Shown one piece after another: positions 18,771 to 29,147 of a stretch of 64,000 nt of DNA; within the stretch, counting starts at the first letter, position 1, and the number at the start of each line of letters is the position of its first letter. Below the pieces are notes generated by a model. That model had not been told where the DNA came from. It did no database searches and saw only the letters and a program-made list of their open reading frames with translations. Made by a program: the position numbers and the translations under genes. This stretch comes from Poseidonia sp. (GTDB lineage: Archaea; Thermoplasmatota; Poseidoniia; Poseidoniales; Poseidoniaceae), in assembly GCA_965661285.1 (NCBI GenBank), contig CBFIDD010000001.1, positions 224,001-288,000 on the forward strand, given 5' to 3'.

Positions 18771-21509
18771 TCAACGGTTGTTGAGGTAGTCTTCACCGTA
18801 CCACGCCCACTGCTCCATCGTCCAGCCGGGCGGCAGGCCTTCGGGCGGAAGCGGCGGTCCGGTCTGTGTTGGCGGCGCTACAGCGGGAAGCCCCGGTACC
18901 GCTGGAAGTGCAGGAAGGGTTGGCAGAACCTCGCTCGGTCCACGTCGACGACCCACCATGAACAACAACAGGACGACGACCACGATGAGCGGCACGCCCA
19001 CGGTCAACAGGTTGCCCGAAAGCAGACCCGCCTCGTGCTTGGTGGCGTCTTCAGGGTAGGCGTCAGCGGAGTTCGACCAGCCATCGCTGTCCGTGTCGGG
19101 GCAGCCAAGGGCGTCCTCGGTCGACGTACCGTAGACCTCGGGACAATCATCGGAGAGGGCCGTGCCTTGCTCGTCGGCGTAGCCGTCATCATCGGTATCG
19201 GACCACAAAAGCACGTCATCGGGGAAGGCATCGAAAGCGTCGGCCCAACCGTCTCCGTCGCCGTCAAGGCATCCGAATGCGCCCAAGGTCGACGTTCCCG
19301 CAACATCGGGGCAAGCGTCGGGCTGAACGCCCTCGGCGTTGTCGCCATAACCGTCGCCGTCGGTGTCGAGATGCTGGGTTGGCTCCTCGGGCAGGCCGTC
19401 GTTCGCATCGGACCAGCCGTCGCCATCACCGTCCACACAACCGAAGCGGTCTTGCGTTGAGGTCCCCGCTGTCTGAGGACAAGCATCGGGCTGGAAGCCG
19501 GCGTCGTTATCGCCGTAGCCGTCGCTGTCCGCATCGAGATGCTGGGAGGCGACGGTCGGGAAGGCGTCGTTCGCGTTGGACCAACCGTCGCTGTCGGTGT
19601 CGGCGCAGCCGAACCGGTCGTAGGTGGAGGTCCCCGGACGCCCCGGACAGGCGTCGCCTTGGAAGCCGTCGGGGTTGTCCCCGTAGCCGTCTTCGTCCAC
19701 GTCGGCCCACTGGGTGCCGTCGACCGGAAAGGCGTCGATGTTGTCGCTGTAGCCGTCGTCGTCGCCGTCAGCACATCCAAGCACACCGCCCATGGAACTC
19801 GTACCCGCCACTTGCGGGCAGTTGTCTTCGGCGTCCTGAACACCGTCGTTATCGTCGTCGAGGTCTTCGTTCGAATCTTCACACCCGTCTCGGTCAGCAT
19901 CGTTGCTGTTGGAGGAGGTGAAGCCGAGGGTGCTGTTCGGACAGAGGTCTTCCTCCACGGACGAAACGGTGCAGGCCCACGCAACATCGGTCGTGGTGCC
20001 GTCGCAGATGCCGTCGTTGTCGTCGTCGAGGTCTTCACCTGCGTCCTGGCATCCGTCGCCGTCGTAATCCGTCGCAGTGGACGAGGTCCAGCCGAGTTGC
20101 CCTGCAGCGCAGGCGTCGGCGAAGTCAAACACGCCGTCGTTATCGTCGTCGTTGTCCTCAACGCTGTCTCGACAACCGTCGCCGTCGTGGTCGGTCGCAA
20201 CGCTGGAGGTCCAGCCGAGTTCACCTCGGTCGCAGGTGTCATTAACATCAAGCACGCCGTCGTTGTCGTCGTCATCGTCGCACGCATCTCCCAGTCCATC
20301 CCCGTCGGTGTTGAGCTGGGAAGCGTTGGGCACAAACGGGCAATTGTCGGCCTCATCGCCCACGCCATCGCCGTCCTCATCGGTGAACGGGTCGATGCGA
20401 ACGACCTCGTCCTGACCGTTATCGACGTAGTAGAGATGGCCGTTGGGTCCGAATTCGAGCCCCATGATGGCGGTGGCCGACGTTTGGATTTCGTCAGCGT
20501 AGGTGCCGCCTTTGCCGTCGGAAGGCAAGTCGTAGGCGACGATGTTGCCGTTGCTGTACTCCGAAACAAAGAGGTGGCCGTCGTGGAGGGCGATGCCGGT
20601 TGGACGGTCAAGACCGGTGGCGAGCACACCCCATTCGATGCCGTTGAATCGTTTGTACTCGGCGAGCGGTTCAAGCCGTGAAGGGTCGTTCATGAGGTCG
20701 GTGGAGGTGTAGGTGGCATCGTCGGTGTTGACCCATAGCACGCGGTTCGCGGCGGGGTCGGCAATGTAGAGAATCCCCGTATCGTGGTCGAGTTCCATGT
20801 GGCCGGGGACACCGAGCACGTGGCCGAGTTGGATGTCGGAGTAGCGGTGAACGATGGCGTCGGAGTGGTCGTCGTAGCCCGTGTCGTGGTCTTCAGCGAA
20901 GTCGTAGCGAACCAGTTCACCGTAGTGGCCGTCGTTGTACCAGTACACGTTATCGTAGTCGTGAGCGATGCCCGTGCCGTAAGGGGATTCGTGGTTCATG
21001 TCGATGTGGCTGCCCAGCAAGTTGTTGTTTTGGTTTTCAACGGAGTAGTGGTCAAGTGAGGACGGCCAGAGCGTGGGCCCCATGAAGTTGTTCGCTTCTG
21101 CCTGACCGCAGTAGGTGTTGGCCGTTTCTTGGGCGGAGCCCCACTGCCAGTCAAACTCGGGGTGGTAGGCACCAAAGGCGATGGCGCTGACCTCCTCAAG
21201 GAAGTGGTTGCTGTAGGCATCCTCGCGGTTCTCCGACGTTTGGTTCTCAAGGCCGGTGTTGTGCACAATCGTGATGCTGTCCGTGGCCCGGTTGGCGACC
21301 CACAACTCGCCCGTGCGGCCGGGATGGAATTCCAAATCCCGAGGGTCGTCAAGGTCGTCGAGGTAATCGGCGATGACCGTCTCGACAAATCCGTCGCCAA
21401 ACGCATCCACCGTCTCCGTGTCCTCGGCTTGGGCGGTGTAAATTGGGACAGAAGGGAGAGCGAAGAGGAGAAGGAAGACAAGGGAGAAGGCAAGTTTTCG
21501 CTCCATCAT
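18771..21509 (-). CDS. Membrane-anchored surface protein: beta-propeller-like N-terminus plus TSP3-like repeats
   Basis: Signal peptide; DDPRDLEF/RPTGIAL propeller-type blades; many DxDGDG..D..D.CP repeats; C-terminal TM and LPPGWTMEQW tail. Confidence 0.85.
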   Translation of the reverse strand: MMERKLAFSLVFLLLFALPSVPIYTAQAEDTETVDAFGDGFVETVIADYLDDLDDPRDLEFHPGRTGELWVANRATDSITIVHNTGLENQTSENREDAYSNHFLEEVSAIAFGAYHPEFDWQWGSAQETANTYCGQAEANNFMGPTLWPSSLDHYSVENQNNNLLGSHIDMNHESPYGTGIAHDYDNVYWYNDGHYGELVRYDFAEDHDTGYDDHSDAIVHRYSDIQLGHVLGVPGHMELDHDTGILYIADPAANRVLWVNTDDATYTSTDLMNDPSRLEPLAEYKRFNGIEWGVLATGLDRPTGIALHDGHLFVSEYSNGNIVAYDLPSDGKGGTYADEIQTSATAIMGLEFGPNGHLYYVDNGQDEVVRIDPFTDEDGDGVGDEADNCPFVPNASQLNTDGDGLGDACDDDDDNDGVLDVNDTCDRGELGWTSSVATDHDGDGCRDSVEDNDDDNDGVFDFADACAAGQLGWTSSTATDYDGDGCQDAGEDLDDDNDGICDGTTTDVAWACTVSSVEEDLCPNSTLGFTSSNSNDADRDGCEDSNEDLDDDNDGVQDAEDNCPQVAGTSSMGGVLGCADGDDDGYSDNIDAFPVDGTQWADVDEDGYGDNPDGFQGDACPGRPGTSTYDRFGCADTDSDGWSNANDAFPTVASQHLDADSDGYGDNDAGFQPDACPQTAGTSTQDRFGCVDGDGDGWSDANDGLPEEPTQHLDTDGDGYGDNAEGVQPDACPDVAGTSTLGAFGCLDGDGDGWADAFDAFPDDVLLWSDTDDDGYADEQGTALSDDCPEVYGTSTEDALGCPDTDSDGWSNSADAYPEDATKHEAGLLSGNLLTVGVPLIVVVVLLLFMVGRRRGPSEVLPTLPALPAVPGLPAVAPPTQTGPPLPPEGLPPGWTMEQWAWYGEDYLNNR

Positions 21510-21593
21510 GAATCGTATGTGTGGCGCTTCGCATTTGATACCTTGCTTTTCCTGCGCTCAAACGTAGCTGCTGTGTGCGGATTGGCCCGGTGT

Positions 21594-23270
21594 TCACACT
21601 TCGGAGACTTCACCTTCAGCCAAGGGCGGCAGGCCCTTCTTGGCTCGGACATAATCGGTGTAGTTGCCGTAATACACGGAGACCACGCCGTCTTGAAGTT
21701 CCCAAATGCGGTTGACGACCTGGTCGAGGAACCAGCGGTCGTGGGAGACGGTGATCAGCGAACCCGTGTAGTTGATGAGCGCCTCTTCAAGGGTGGCTTT
21801 GGAATCCATGTCCAGGTGATTGGTCGGCTCGTCCATCAGCAGGAGGTTGTTTTCCTCGAGCAGGAGTTTGAGCAGGGCCACACGCGCCCGCTCGCCACCG
21901 GAGAGTTGGGAGAGTTTGGTCGAGACCTGTTCGCTGGAAAATTGGAAGCGACCCAAGGCTGCACGGATGTCGCCGTACTGGAAGTCGGGACGGAGTTTCT
22001 GAATTTGCTCGACCGGATTGAGGTTGAAGTCAAGGGTCGCGTGGTCCTGATGGAAGTAGCCAATTTCACAGCCCGGGGCCAAATCCATCTTGCCGCTGGT
22101 CAATTTCTCGTCGCCGTTGATGAGTTTCAACAACGTGGTTTTCCCTTGCCCGTTGCCGCCCACGATGCCGATGCGGTCGCCCTTGCGGACTTCCAGCGAT
22201 TGGTTGTCGAGGATCTTGCGGTCCAGTCCTTCAAACGCCTTCGTTCCGCCGTCAATGGTGAGCACATCCATGCTGGCCTTGTCCGTCGCTTCGAGGGAAA
22301 GGATGAGAGGTTTGCGCTTCTTGGGCACGCGGGCTTTGAGCGCCTTCAATTCCTGCTGCATGCGCTCGATCATCTTGTGCTTGGCCGAGATGGACTTGTC
22401 GTACTTGTTCGCCCGCTTCATCTGCGCCATGGCGCCCATGGTGGATTGGATTTTCTTCTCAATGTTGGCGATGGCTTCGCCAAGTGCTGCCTCGCTGGCG
22501 GTCTTCTGCACGAGGAACTGGCTGTAGTTGCCCTTCCACGGCCACGCCCGAAGGTTGTCGATTTCCACGATGCGGTTGCAGACTTGGTCGAGGAAGTAGC
22601 GGTCGTGGGAGACGATGAGTTGGGCGCCTTTGAATTCGGTCAGGAAGGTTTCGAGCCACTCGGTCGTGTGGATGTCGAGGTGGTTGGTCGGCTCGTCAAG
22701 GAAGATGACGTCGATGCCGTTGAGGCCGACGAGTTGGCGAGCGAGCGCCAGTTTGGCCTGCTCGCCGCCCGAGAGTTTGTTGACGGGCATGTCCATGGGG
22801 TGCTGGTCGAGGCCGAGGCGCTCGAGAATGCCCTTGGCGATGCCTGCGACGTTGCCCCCACCGCTGGAGGCGAGGGTTTGCTGGAGTTCGCTGTAGCGTT
22901 CCATCACCGGTTCCCAATCGCCCTCGTAGAAGGCGGGGTCAACCATTTGGGCTTCGATGGCGGCGATCTCGTCCTCGAGTTCTTGGAATTGACGACCTTT
23001 GCGACCGAGTTCCTCTTCGATGGTTGAATCCGATTCAAGGTCTCGAATCTGTGTCAAGTAGGCGAGACGGATGCCAGGGGCGAATTCAACGTCGCCCGTG
23101 TCTTGCTTTTGCTCGCTGATGGTGTTGAGCAAGGTCGTCTTTCCCGCACCGTTGTGACCGACGATACCGATGCGGTCGCCGTCGTTGACTTTGAGGTTGA
23201 TGTCCTGAAGCACATCGACTGCACCAAAGGAGCGGTCAACCGCTTCGACGTTGATGAGTTCGCGTGCCAT
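21594..23270 (-). CDS. ABC-F family ATPase
   Basis: Two NBDs (GHNGAGKTT, GGNGQGKTT), LSGGE x2, DEPTNHLD x2, no TM segments. Confidence 0.93.
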   Translation of the reverse strand: MARELINVEAVDRSFGAVDVLQDINLKVNDGDRIGIVGHNGAGKTTLLNTISEQKQDTGDVEFAPGIRLAYLTQIRDLESDSTIEEELGRKGRQFQELEDEIAAIEAQMVDPAFYEGDWEPVMERYSELQQTLASSGGGNVAGIAKGILERLGLDQHPMDMPVNKLSGGEQAKLALARQLVGLNGIDVIFLDEPTNHLDIHTTEWLETFLTEFKGAQLIVSHDRYFLDQVCNRIVEIDNLRAWPWKGNYSQFLVQKTASEAALGEAIANIEKKIQSTMGAMAQMKRANKYDKSISAKHKMIERMQQELKALKARVPKKRKPLILSLEATDKASMDVLTIDGGTKAFEGLDRKILDNQSLEVRKGDRIGIVGGNGQGKTTLLKLINGDEKLTSGKMDLAPGCEIGYFHQDHATLDFNLNPVEQIQKLRPDFQYGDIRAALGRFQFSSEQVSTKLSQLSGGERARVALLKLLLEENNLLLMDEPTNHLDMDSKATLEEALINYTGSLITVSHDRWFLDQVVNRIWELQDGVVSVYYGNYTDYVRAKKGLPPLAEGEVSEV

Positions 23271-23413
23271 GGTGGGTCCCTCACTTCGACGGCCGCCGTT
23301 GACCGTTGATAAATCACCCTCATCGCGCCAAGCGACCGGGCGCATTGCATCGGCGACCAGCATGAGGGAAGGGCCACCCTTGAATTGATGAACCAAAGGC
23401 TGCTGGAAGGAGC

Positions 23414-26400
23414 ATGGCCGAAGACGAAGAGGTCGTGTTCACGACGAGCACCGGTCCCGTCCGTGTCATCACGGCAGCGTCTCTGTTTGACGGCCACGAC
23501 GCCGCCATCAACGTCATGCGACGGCTCATCCAGTCCTCGGGGGCTGAAGTCATCCACCTCGGCCATGACCAGTCGGCCAAAGCGGTCGTTGACTGTGCCA
23601 TTCAGGAAGACGCCCACGCCGTGGCCCTGACCTCGTACCAGGGCGGCCACGTTGAGTACTTCACCTACATTCGCCAGCTGCTCGATGAAGCCGGTTGCCA
23701 GCACGTCCGCATCTTTGGCGGTGGCGGCGGCACCATCACGCCGCCCGAAATTCGCACCCTCCACCAGTCGGGCATCTCCAAGATTTACTCGCCCGACGAC
23801 GGCCGAACGATGGGCTTGATGGGCATGATTCACCACCTGATGGGAATGGCGAGCGACGTCGATTTGGTCGGGAAGGCGCGCATGGACAGCCTGAACGGGC
23901 CGGTAACGCCTGAGGATATGGCGAAGGTCGGCTTGTTGTTGACGCTCTCAGAATCGGCCGATGAGAAGACCTTCAAGGCCGCTGTGGAAGCGTGCCGCTC
24001 CTCGGACAAGGACGTCCCCGTTATCGGGTTCACCGGAACGGGCGGGGCAGGAAAATCCAGCCTGCTCGACGAATTGATGCTGCGCATTCAACGGGATAAC
24101 CCCGGCAAGAAGGTCTGCCTGCTGTGCGTTGACCCTACACGAAAGCGAACCGGTGGCGCCCTTCTTGGGGACCGCATCCGCATGAACTCGCTTTCCAACA
24201 ACGACCTCTACATGCGCAGCCTCGCCAGCCGTGGCAGCGGCTCGGAGATCAGCGCAAACCTCGACCGAGCCATCGAGGTCGCCAAAGCGGTCGGCTTCGA
24301 CCTCATTTTCTGCGAGACCAGCGGCATCGGCCAGGGCAGCGACGCCATCACGACGGTGGCCGACCATTCCCTCTATGTCATGACCGCCGAGTTCGGTGCT
24401 CACACCCAACTCGAGAAGATCGAGATGCTCGATGTCGCCGATGTTGTCGTTCTTAATAAGTATGAGAAGCGGGGCAGTGAAGACGCCTTGCGAGCCATTC
24501 GCAAGCAGGTGCGTCGCAACCGCAACATGTTCGACGTGGCCGATGAGGAACTCCCCGTTGTCGCCACCATCGCCAGCCAGTTCGCTGACGGTGGCGTTGA
24601 CCGCCTGTGGCAGAAAGTCGCCGGACTTGTGGGCTTTGAGGCCAGCCAGCCCGTCGACGCCATGGGCGAGCGCAAAGGCGTGATTCCGCCCGAGCGCATT
24701 CACTACCTGTCGGAAATCGCCGCCACGGTGCGCGACTACCACGCCGCCAACACCGAAGTCGCCGAGAAGTTGCGCCTGTGCCAGCATTTGGAGACGGCTG
24801 CCGCCAATGCTGAAGAGCGCGGTGTGAAGGCGACGGCGAAGGATGTGCGGGCCCAGATTGGCGAGATCATGGAAGGGCTCGATGAGGCGAAGGAGGCCTT
24901 GGAAAACTTCCGGGCGTTGGCCGAGGAATACGCTTCAGGCCAGTACACCTACCACGTGCGTGGCAAGCCGTTCAAGGTTCAGACCACGACCGAATCGCTG
25001 GCGCACTCGAACATTCCTCGTGTCGCTTTGCCCAAGACCCGGGATGACGGCGAGTTGTACCAGTTCATCACCAAGGAAAACGCTCCCGGCCATTTCCCCT
25101 ACACCGCCGGCGTCTTCCCGTTCAAGCGAACCGACGAGTTGTCGGCCCGCATGTTCGCCGGTGAAGGCGAGCCCGAGCGCACCAACCGTCGCTTCCACTA
25201 CCTGAGCCAAGGCCAGGACTACGTCCGCCTCTCGACCGCCTTTGACTCGGTCACGCTCTACGGGCGGGACCCCGCTCGCCGCCCTGACATCTGGGGCAAA
25301 GTGGGCAACTCCGGCGTCTCCATCGCCACCACCGACGACGCCAAGCGCCTTTACTCCGGCTTTGACTTGTGCAACGCCAACACCTCGGTCTCGATGACCA
25401 TCAACGGGCCGGCGCCCATCATCTTGGCCTTCTTCCTCAACGCTGCTATTGACCAGCAGGTGGAAGCGTATCTTGCCGAACAGGGCAAGCCGGCGAAGTT
25501 GTTGGATTCCGCCTACCGGGGAGAACTCCCGGAAGGGCACAACGGGTTTGGACTGGCGACCGTGGGACGACGGGGCGACGAAATGGTGGACCCCAAGACC
25601 TACGCTGAGATCAAGGCACGAACCCTGCAGACGGTGCGTGGAACGGTCCAAGCCGACATCCTCAAGGAAGACCAGGCGCAAAACACCTGCATCTTCTCCA
25701 CGCCCTTTGCGCTCAAACTCATGGGCGACGTGCAGCAGTACTACATCGACCACGGCGTTCGCAACCACTACTCCGTGTCCATCTCGGGCTACCACATCGC
25801 TGAGGCTGGAGCGAACCCCATCACGCAACTTGCCTTGACGCTCGCCAACGGATTCACCTACGTGGAGTACTACCGCAGTCGGGGCATGGACATCAACAAG
25901 TTCGCACCGAACCTTTCCTTCTTCTTCTCCAACGGTCTTGACCCCGAATACACGGTCATCGGCCGGGTCGCACGCCGCATTTGGGCGGTCACCATGCGCG
26001 ACATGTACGGGGCCGACGAGCGCAGTCAGAAACTCAAGTACCACATTCAGACGAGTGGACGCAGCCTTCACGCCCAGGAGATCGACTTCAATGACATCCG
26101 AACGACCCTACAGGCTCTGCTTGCGATTCAAGACAACGCCAACTCCCTCCACACCAACGCCTATGACGAGGCCATCACCACCCCCACCGAAGAATCGGTG
26201 CGACGCGCCCTGGCAATTCAGCTCATCGTCAACAAGGAGAGCGGCTGGACCAAGACGGAGAACCCGATGCAGGGCGCCTACATCGTGGACGAACTGACCG
26301 ACCTCGTCGAGGATGCCGTGCTTCAGGAATTCGAAGCGATTTCCCGTCGTGGCGGCGTGCTCGGGGCCATGGAGACCATGTACCAGCGAGGCAAGATTCA

Positions 26401-26755
26401 GGACGAATCGATGTACTACGAGCACCTCAAGCACGACGGGACGCTGCCCATCATCGGCGTGAACACCTTCCAGAACCCCAACGCCGCCGCCTTTGACGAA
26501 TCAGCGGCGGACGACTTCGAGATGGAACTCGCTCGTGCGACGCCCGAGGAGAAGGAAGCCTGTTTGGAGCGGGTGGTCCACCGACAAACGGTGGACGGTG
26601 AGGCCACGCAGGCGGCCCTTGCGCAGCTGCAAGAAGTCGCACGCCAAGGCGGGAACGTGTTCGAGGAACTGATGGAGACCGTCAAGGTGGCGAGCTTGGG
26701 TCAAATCACGGATGCGCTGTTCAACGTGGGTGGGCAGTATCGGCGAAACATGTGA
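23414..26755 (+). CDS. icmF: Fused isobutyryl-CoA mutase/GTPase (B12-dependent)
   Basis: FDGHDAAIN B12 domain, GTGGAGKSS MeaB-type GTPase, RMFAGEG mutase motif, C-terminal GGQYRRNM. Confidence 0.92.
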   Translation: MAEDEEVVFTTSTGPVRVITAASLFDGHDAAINVMRRLIQSSGAEVIHLGHDQSAKAVVDCAIQEDAHAVALTSYQGGHVEYFTYIRQLLDEAGCQHVRIFGGGGGTITPPEIRTLHQSGISKIYSPDDGRTMGLMGMIHHLMGMASDVDLVGKARMDSLNGPVTPEDMAKVGLLLTLSESADEKTFKAAVEACRSSDKDVPVIGFTGTGGAGKSSLLDELMLRIQRDNPGKKVCLLCVDPTRKRTGGALLGDRIRMNSLSNNDLYMRSLASRGSGSEISANLDRAIEVAKAVGFDLIFCETSGIGQGSDAITTVADHSLYVMTAEFGAHTQLEKIEMLDVADVVVLNKYEKRGSEDALRAIRKQVRRNRNMFDVADEELPVVATIASQFADGGVDRLWQKVAGLVGFEASQPVDAMGERKGVIPPERIHYLSEIAATVRDYHAANTEVAEKLRLCQHLETAAANAEERGVKATAKDVRAQIGEIMEGLDEAKEALENFRALAEEYASGQYTYHVRGKPFKVQTTTESLAHSNIPRVALPKTRDDGELYQFITKENAPGHFPYTAGVFPFKRTDELSARMFAGEGEPERTNRRFHYLSQGQDYVRLSTAFDSVTLYGRDPARRPDIWGKVGNSGVSIATTDDAKRLYSGFDLCNANTSVSMTINGPAPIILAFFLNAAIDQQVEAYLAEQGKPAKLLDSAYRGELPEGHNGFGLATVGRRGDEMVDPKTYAEIKARTLQTVRGTVQADILKEDQAQNTCIFSTPFALKLMGDVQQYYIDHGVRNHYSVSISGYHIAEAGANPITQLALTLANGFTYVEYYRSRGMDINKFAPNLSFFFSNGLDPEYTVIGRVARRIWAVTMRDMYGADERSQKLKYHIQTSGRSLHAQEIDFNDIRTTLQALLAIQDNANSLHTNAYDEAITTPTEESVRRALAIQLIVNKESGWTKTENPMQGAYIVDELTDLVEDAVLQEFEAISRRGGVLGAMETMYQRGKIQDESMYYEHLKHDGTLPIIGVNTFQNPNAAAFDESAADDFEMELARATPEEKEACLERVVHRQTVDGEATQAALAQLQEVARQGGNVFEELMETVKVASLGQITDALFNVGGQYRRNM

Positions 26756-26813
26756 AGCTTCAACCCTCAGCATGCCGGAGAATTCTTTATCTGTCTCACA
26801 TTGAACCAATCAC

Positions 26814-27491
26814 ATGGAGACCCCACCTCCATCCTCTGATTCCAAGCCAAAGGCGATCACCATTGGAAATGTGAATATCTCGCCAATGGCCCTCGAAGAG
26901 CAGACGCAGGACACTCCCCCATCCATCGAACCCACCGTGAATCGTTTTGATGGGAACGAACATTCTGATCTTCACGGCCTCGTACGAACCAGAACCGATT
27001 CAACGATCAAAACCAGCACTTCTCCCGGCCTCTTCGTGATGTTCCTGTATTACCTTCCTTCTCTTTACCTCTGCATGGCTATTTTTGTTGTCCCTGACAG
27101 GATCAATGTAGAGGCTTTCATCGTGGGGATCATGGCACCCATTATTGGATTCATTGTTGGCCTTTTTCACCTGAGATGGGAATTTTTCAGAGGCTTTCTT
27201 TTGCAGATTGGTCTCTCTTTTCCCGTTGCTGTTCTTTGGTGCGTCGCAGGTGCTGCCGGTCTGTTTGGGAATTCCAGTGCTGCCGATCTGTTGGGGGAAA
27301 ACTATCTGCATGAGAAATTCACCATGGCCTTGCTGGCCACCCTTCTTGCAACCCTCATTCTCCCCTTCAACTACCACACGAAGTCTTTGCATGGCCGAGC
27401 GCTGGGCGCCTTATACGGTGCTCCTTTCGGGGTTTGTCTCTTGTTGATCGGCCTCTTGATTGGTGTCATCAGTCGGTTTGGCATTGTCTGA
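26814..27491 (+). CDS. Hypothetical membrane protein
   Basis: Low-complexity N-terminus then ~5 hydrophobic helices; lies between the two icmF-end copies. Confidence 0.75.
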   Translation: METPPPSSDSKPKAITIGNVNISPMALEEQTQDTPPSIEPTVNRFDGNEHSDLHGLVRTRTDSTIKTSTSPGLFVMFLYYLPSLYLCMAIFVVPDRINVEAFIVGIMAPIIGFIVGLFHLRWEFFRGFLLQIGLSFPVAVLWCVAGAAGLFGNSSAADLLGENYLHEKFTMALLATLLATLILPFNYHTKSLHGRALGALYGAPFGVCLLLIGLLIGVISRFGIV

Positions 27492-27542
27492 TGAATACGG
27501 GCACTCAAACGATGGGTGAGGGCCGCGAAAATGGCGAGCCAC

Positions 27543-27599
27543 GGTCAGATCACCGATGCGCTGTTCAACGTGGGTGGGCAGTACCGGCGCAATATGTGA
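27543..27599 (+). repeat. 57-bp direct repeat of the icmF 3' end (26699-26755)
   Basis: 52/57 identical; all 5 differences are synonymous third positions (GQITDALFNVGGQYRRNM*). Confidence 0.95.
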
Positions 27600-27669
27600 T
27601 TGATTTTCCTCCTATAGTTTGCCGCCTGCGCGTGTGCTTCGTTATTTTATGAAGTTTTCAACCGAAGCC

Positions 27670-27677
27670 TTTATAAA
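27670..27677 (+). promoter_or_regulatory. TATA box
   Basis: TTTATAAA upstream of the 27747 gene cluster. Confidence 0.6.
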
Positions 27678-27746
27678 GGTGGTAGTCCCGACACCATAAT
27701 GCCCGCACCAACAAATAGGACCCATATACAAAAGGAGGCGAACACC

Positions 27747-27965
27747 ATGCAAACGAATACAATAACCGAAAACCTAGCACTGACCGAGCTGATGAACCAC
27801 GACGGAGGCGTTGACGCTGACATGGTGGACATTTACTTCCACTCTCCAGACTTAATCAAGGCTCTTACCATGGCCGTGAAGCAAAACCTTGTGATTTGGG
27901 ACAATGACAGAATCCACATTGAACCCAAGCTGTTCTTCGCCATGGTTCAGGGGGTGGCGTTCTGA
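27747..27965 (+). CDS. Small hypothetical protein
   Basis: AAGGAGG Shine-Dalgarno before ATG 27747 (alternative leaderless start 27699). Confidence 0.65.
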   Translation: MQTNTITENLALTELMNHDGGVDADMVDIYFHSPDLIKALTMAVKQNLVIWDNDRIHIEPKLFFAMVQGVAF

Positions 27966-29095
27966 TTACGCTCACGCTCTCATGTTCCAATCCACAATGC
28001 GGAAGCGCCATGCGACTGCCGTTCACAACCCACTCGGTTTTTCCGAACATCGAAAACCGTTGCGCAGTGTGTAATCAAGGCGTCCTCATCATTTCACAGA
28101 TTGAAAATGAGGACCCTCCTCTTGCAACCACGGCAGCCATCCATGCAGAAGCACCCGCCAGCGATGTCTCATTGAACGAGAGTCTTGGAGGAAACCGCAT
28201 TTTCACAGCATTCCAAAACCGATTGGCGCCTCTTGTCGTCATCCTTCAACTCATTGATGAACTGAGTGAGGAAACCGGAGACGTTGAGATTTCAGCCCTG
28301 GTTGAAGCCTTCAAAGAGCGCTCGGGATTCTTGCGAAAGCACCTCTCCGACCGTCTCGAGCACCCGCTTGGCGTCAAGCGAGGCCAGAAACTGTCGGACG
28401 GCTTTCCGGCCGTTGACCGCCCTGGCCCATTGAACATCACCCTTCGAAACTACATCGGTTGCGATGAAAAACGATTGTTGGTAGGCCGTGGGCTCATCCA
28501 GGAGTTTGACCTGGTGACCATTGTTGACGATACCAAACTCAAGCTGACAGAGAAAGCAAAGCCGTTCCTCAAACTTCCTCACCTCGCTGACAAAATTGAG
28601 ACCACACAGGAGTTGGTAGCGTTCTACTCCAATCCAGTTCTACCGAAGTACTACGAAGAAGCGTTTGCGTTCGAACTCGCTCATGCAGTTGGAACGTTAG
28701 CTCCCGATCAGCACGATTGGATGATGCACATTCTCGGAAAAATCATCGCTTGCGAACACAAGAACGGTTGGGATTCCAACGCCTATGCTGCCGATGAAAC
28801 GCAACTCGCCAGTGTTGGGAAGGCTCATGCGCGGTGGAGGCTCATCGACCACACGTTCGGAACCTTGTATGAGAAATTCGAAGCCCAGGCGGTGCGAAAG
28901 GCTCACCATGACCCTGAGGGACAAGCCAGGAGTCGTCATGAGAGCCACGTCAATGGGAAGCTTGGCAGCGTTTTGAGTCATCTCAAGGAACTCGGGTTCA
29001 TTGTACCCGTGGCTGTGGGGAACACGAAGAATTTCGCAGCAACGGAGCGTGGGCACAGATACCAAGATTCAATGTCCAAAGGAGTTGAAAAGTGA
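27962..29095 (+). CDS. Zinc-ribbon plus winged-helix-like hypothetical protein
   Basis: Extending upstream of ATG 28010 to CTG 27962 gives CSNPQC...CAVC; C-terminal LSHLKELGFI...ATERG is wHTH-like. Confidence 0.65.
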   Translation: MITLTLSCSNPQCGSAMRLPFTTHSVFPNIENRCAVCNQGVLIISQIENEDPPLATTAAIHAEAPASDVSLNESLGGNRIFTAFQNRLAPLVVILQLIDELSEETGDVEISALVEAFKERSGFLRKHLSDRLEHPLGVKRGQKLSDGFPAVDRPGPLNITLRNYIGCDEKRLLVGRGLIQEFDLVTIVDDTKLKLTEKAKPFLKLPHLADKIETTQELVAFYSNPVLPKYYEEAFAFELAHAVGTLAPDQHDWMMHILGKIIACEHKNGWDSNAYAADETQLASVGKAHARWRLIDHTFGTLYEKFEAQAVRKAHHDPEGQARSRHESHVNGKLGSVLSHLKELGFIVPVAVGNTKNFAATERGHRYQDSMSKGVEK

Positions 29096-29147
29096 TGATT
29101 TTTAGAACCCAAGGTAGATATACCTGTTTTGAAAGTTAGGTGGATGC

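Noticed and set aside
21129-23027. Long antisense or alternate-frame ORFs (also 43682-45442, 19004-20674, 52751-54187, 17210-18571)
   Set aside because: Shadows of well-supported genes in GC-rich DNA with no motifs of their own.
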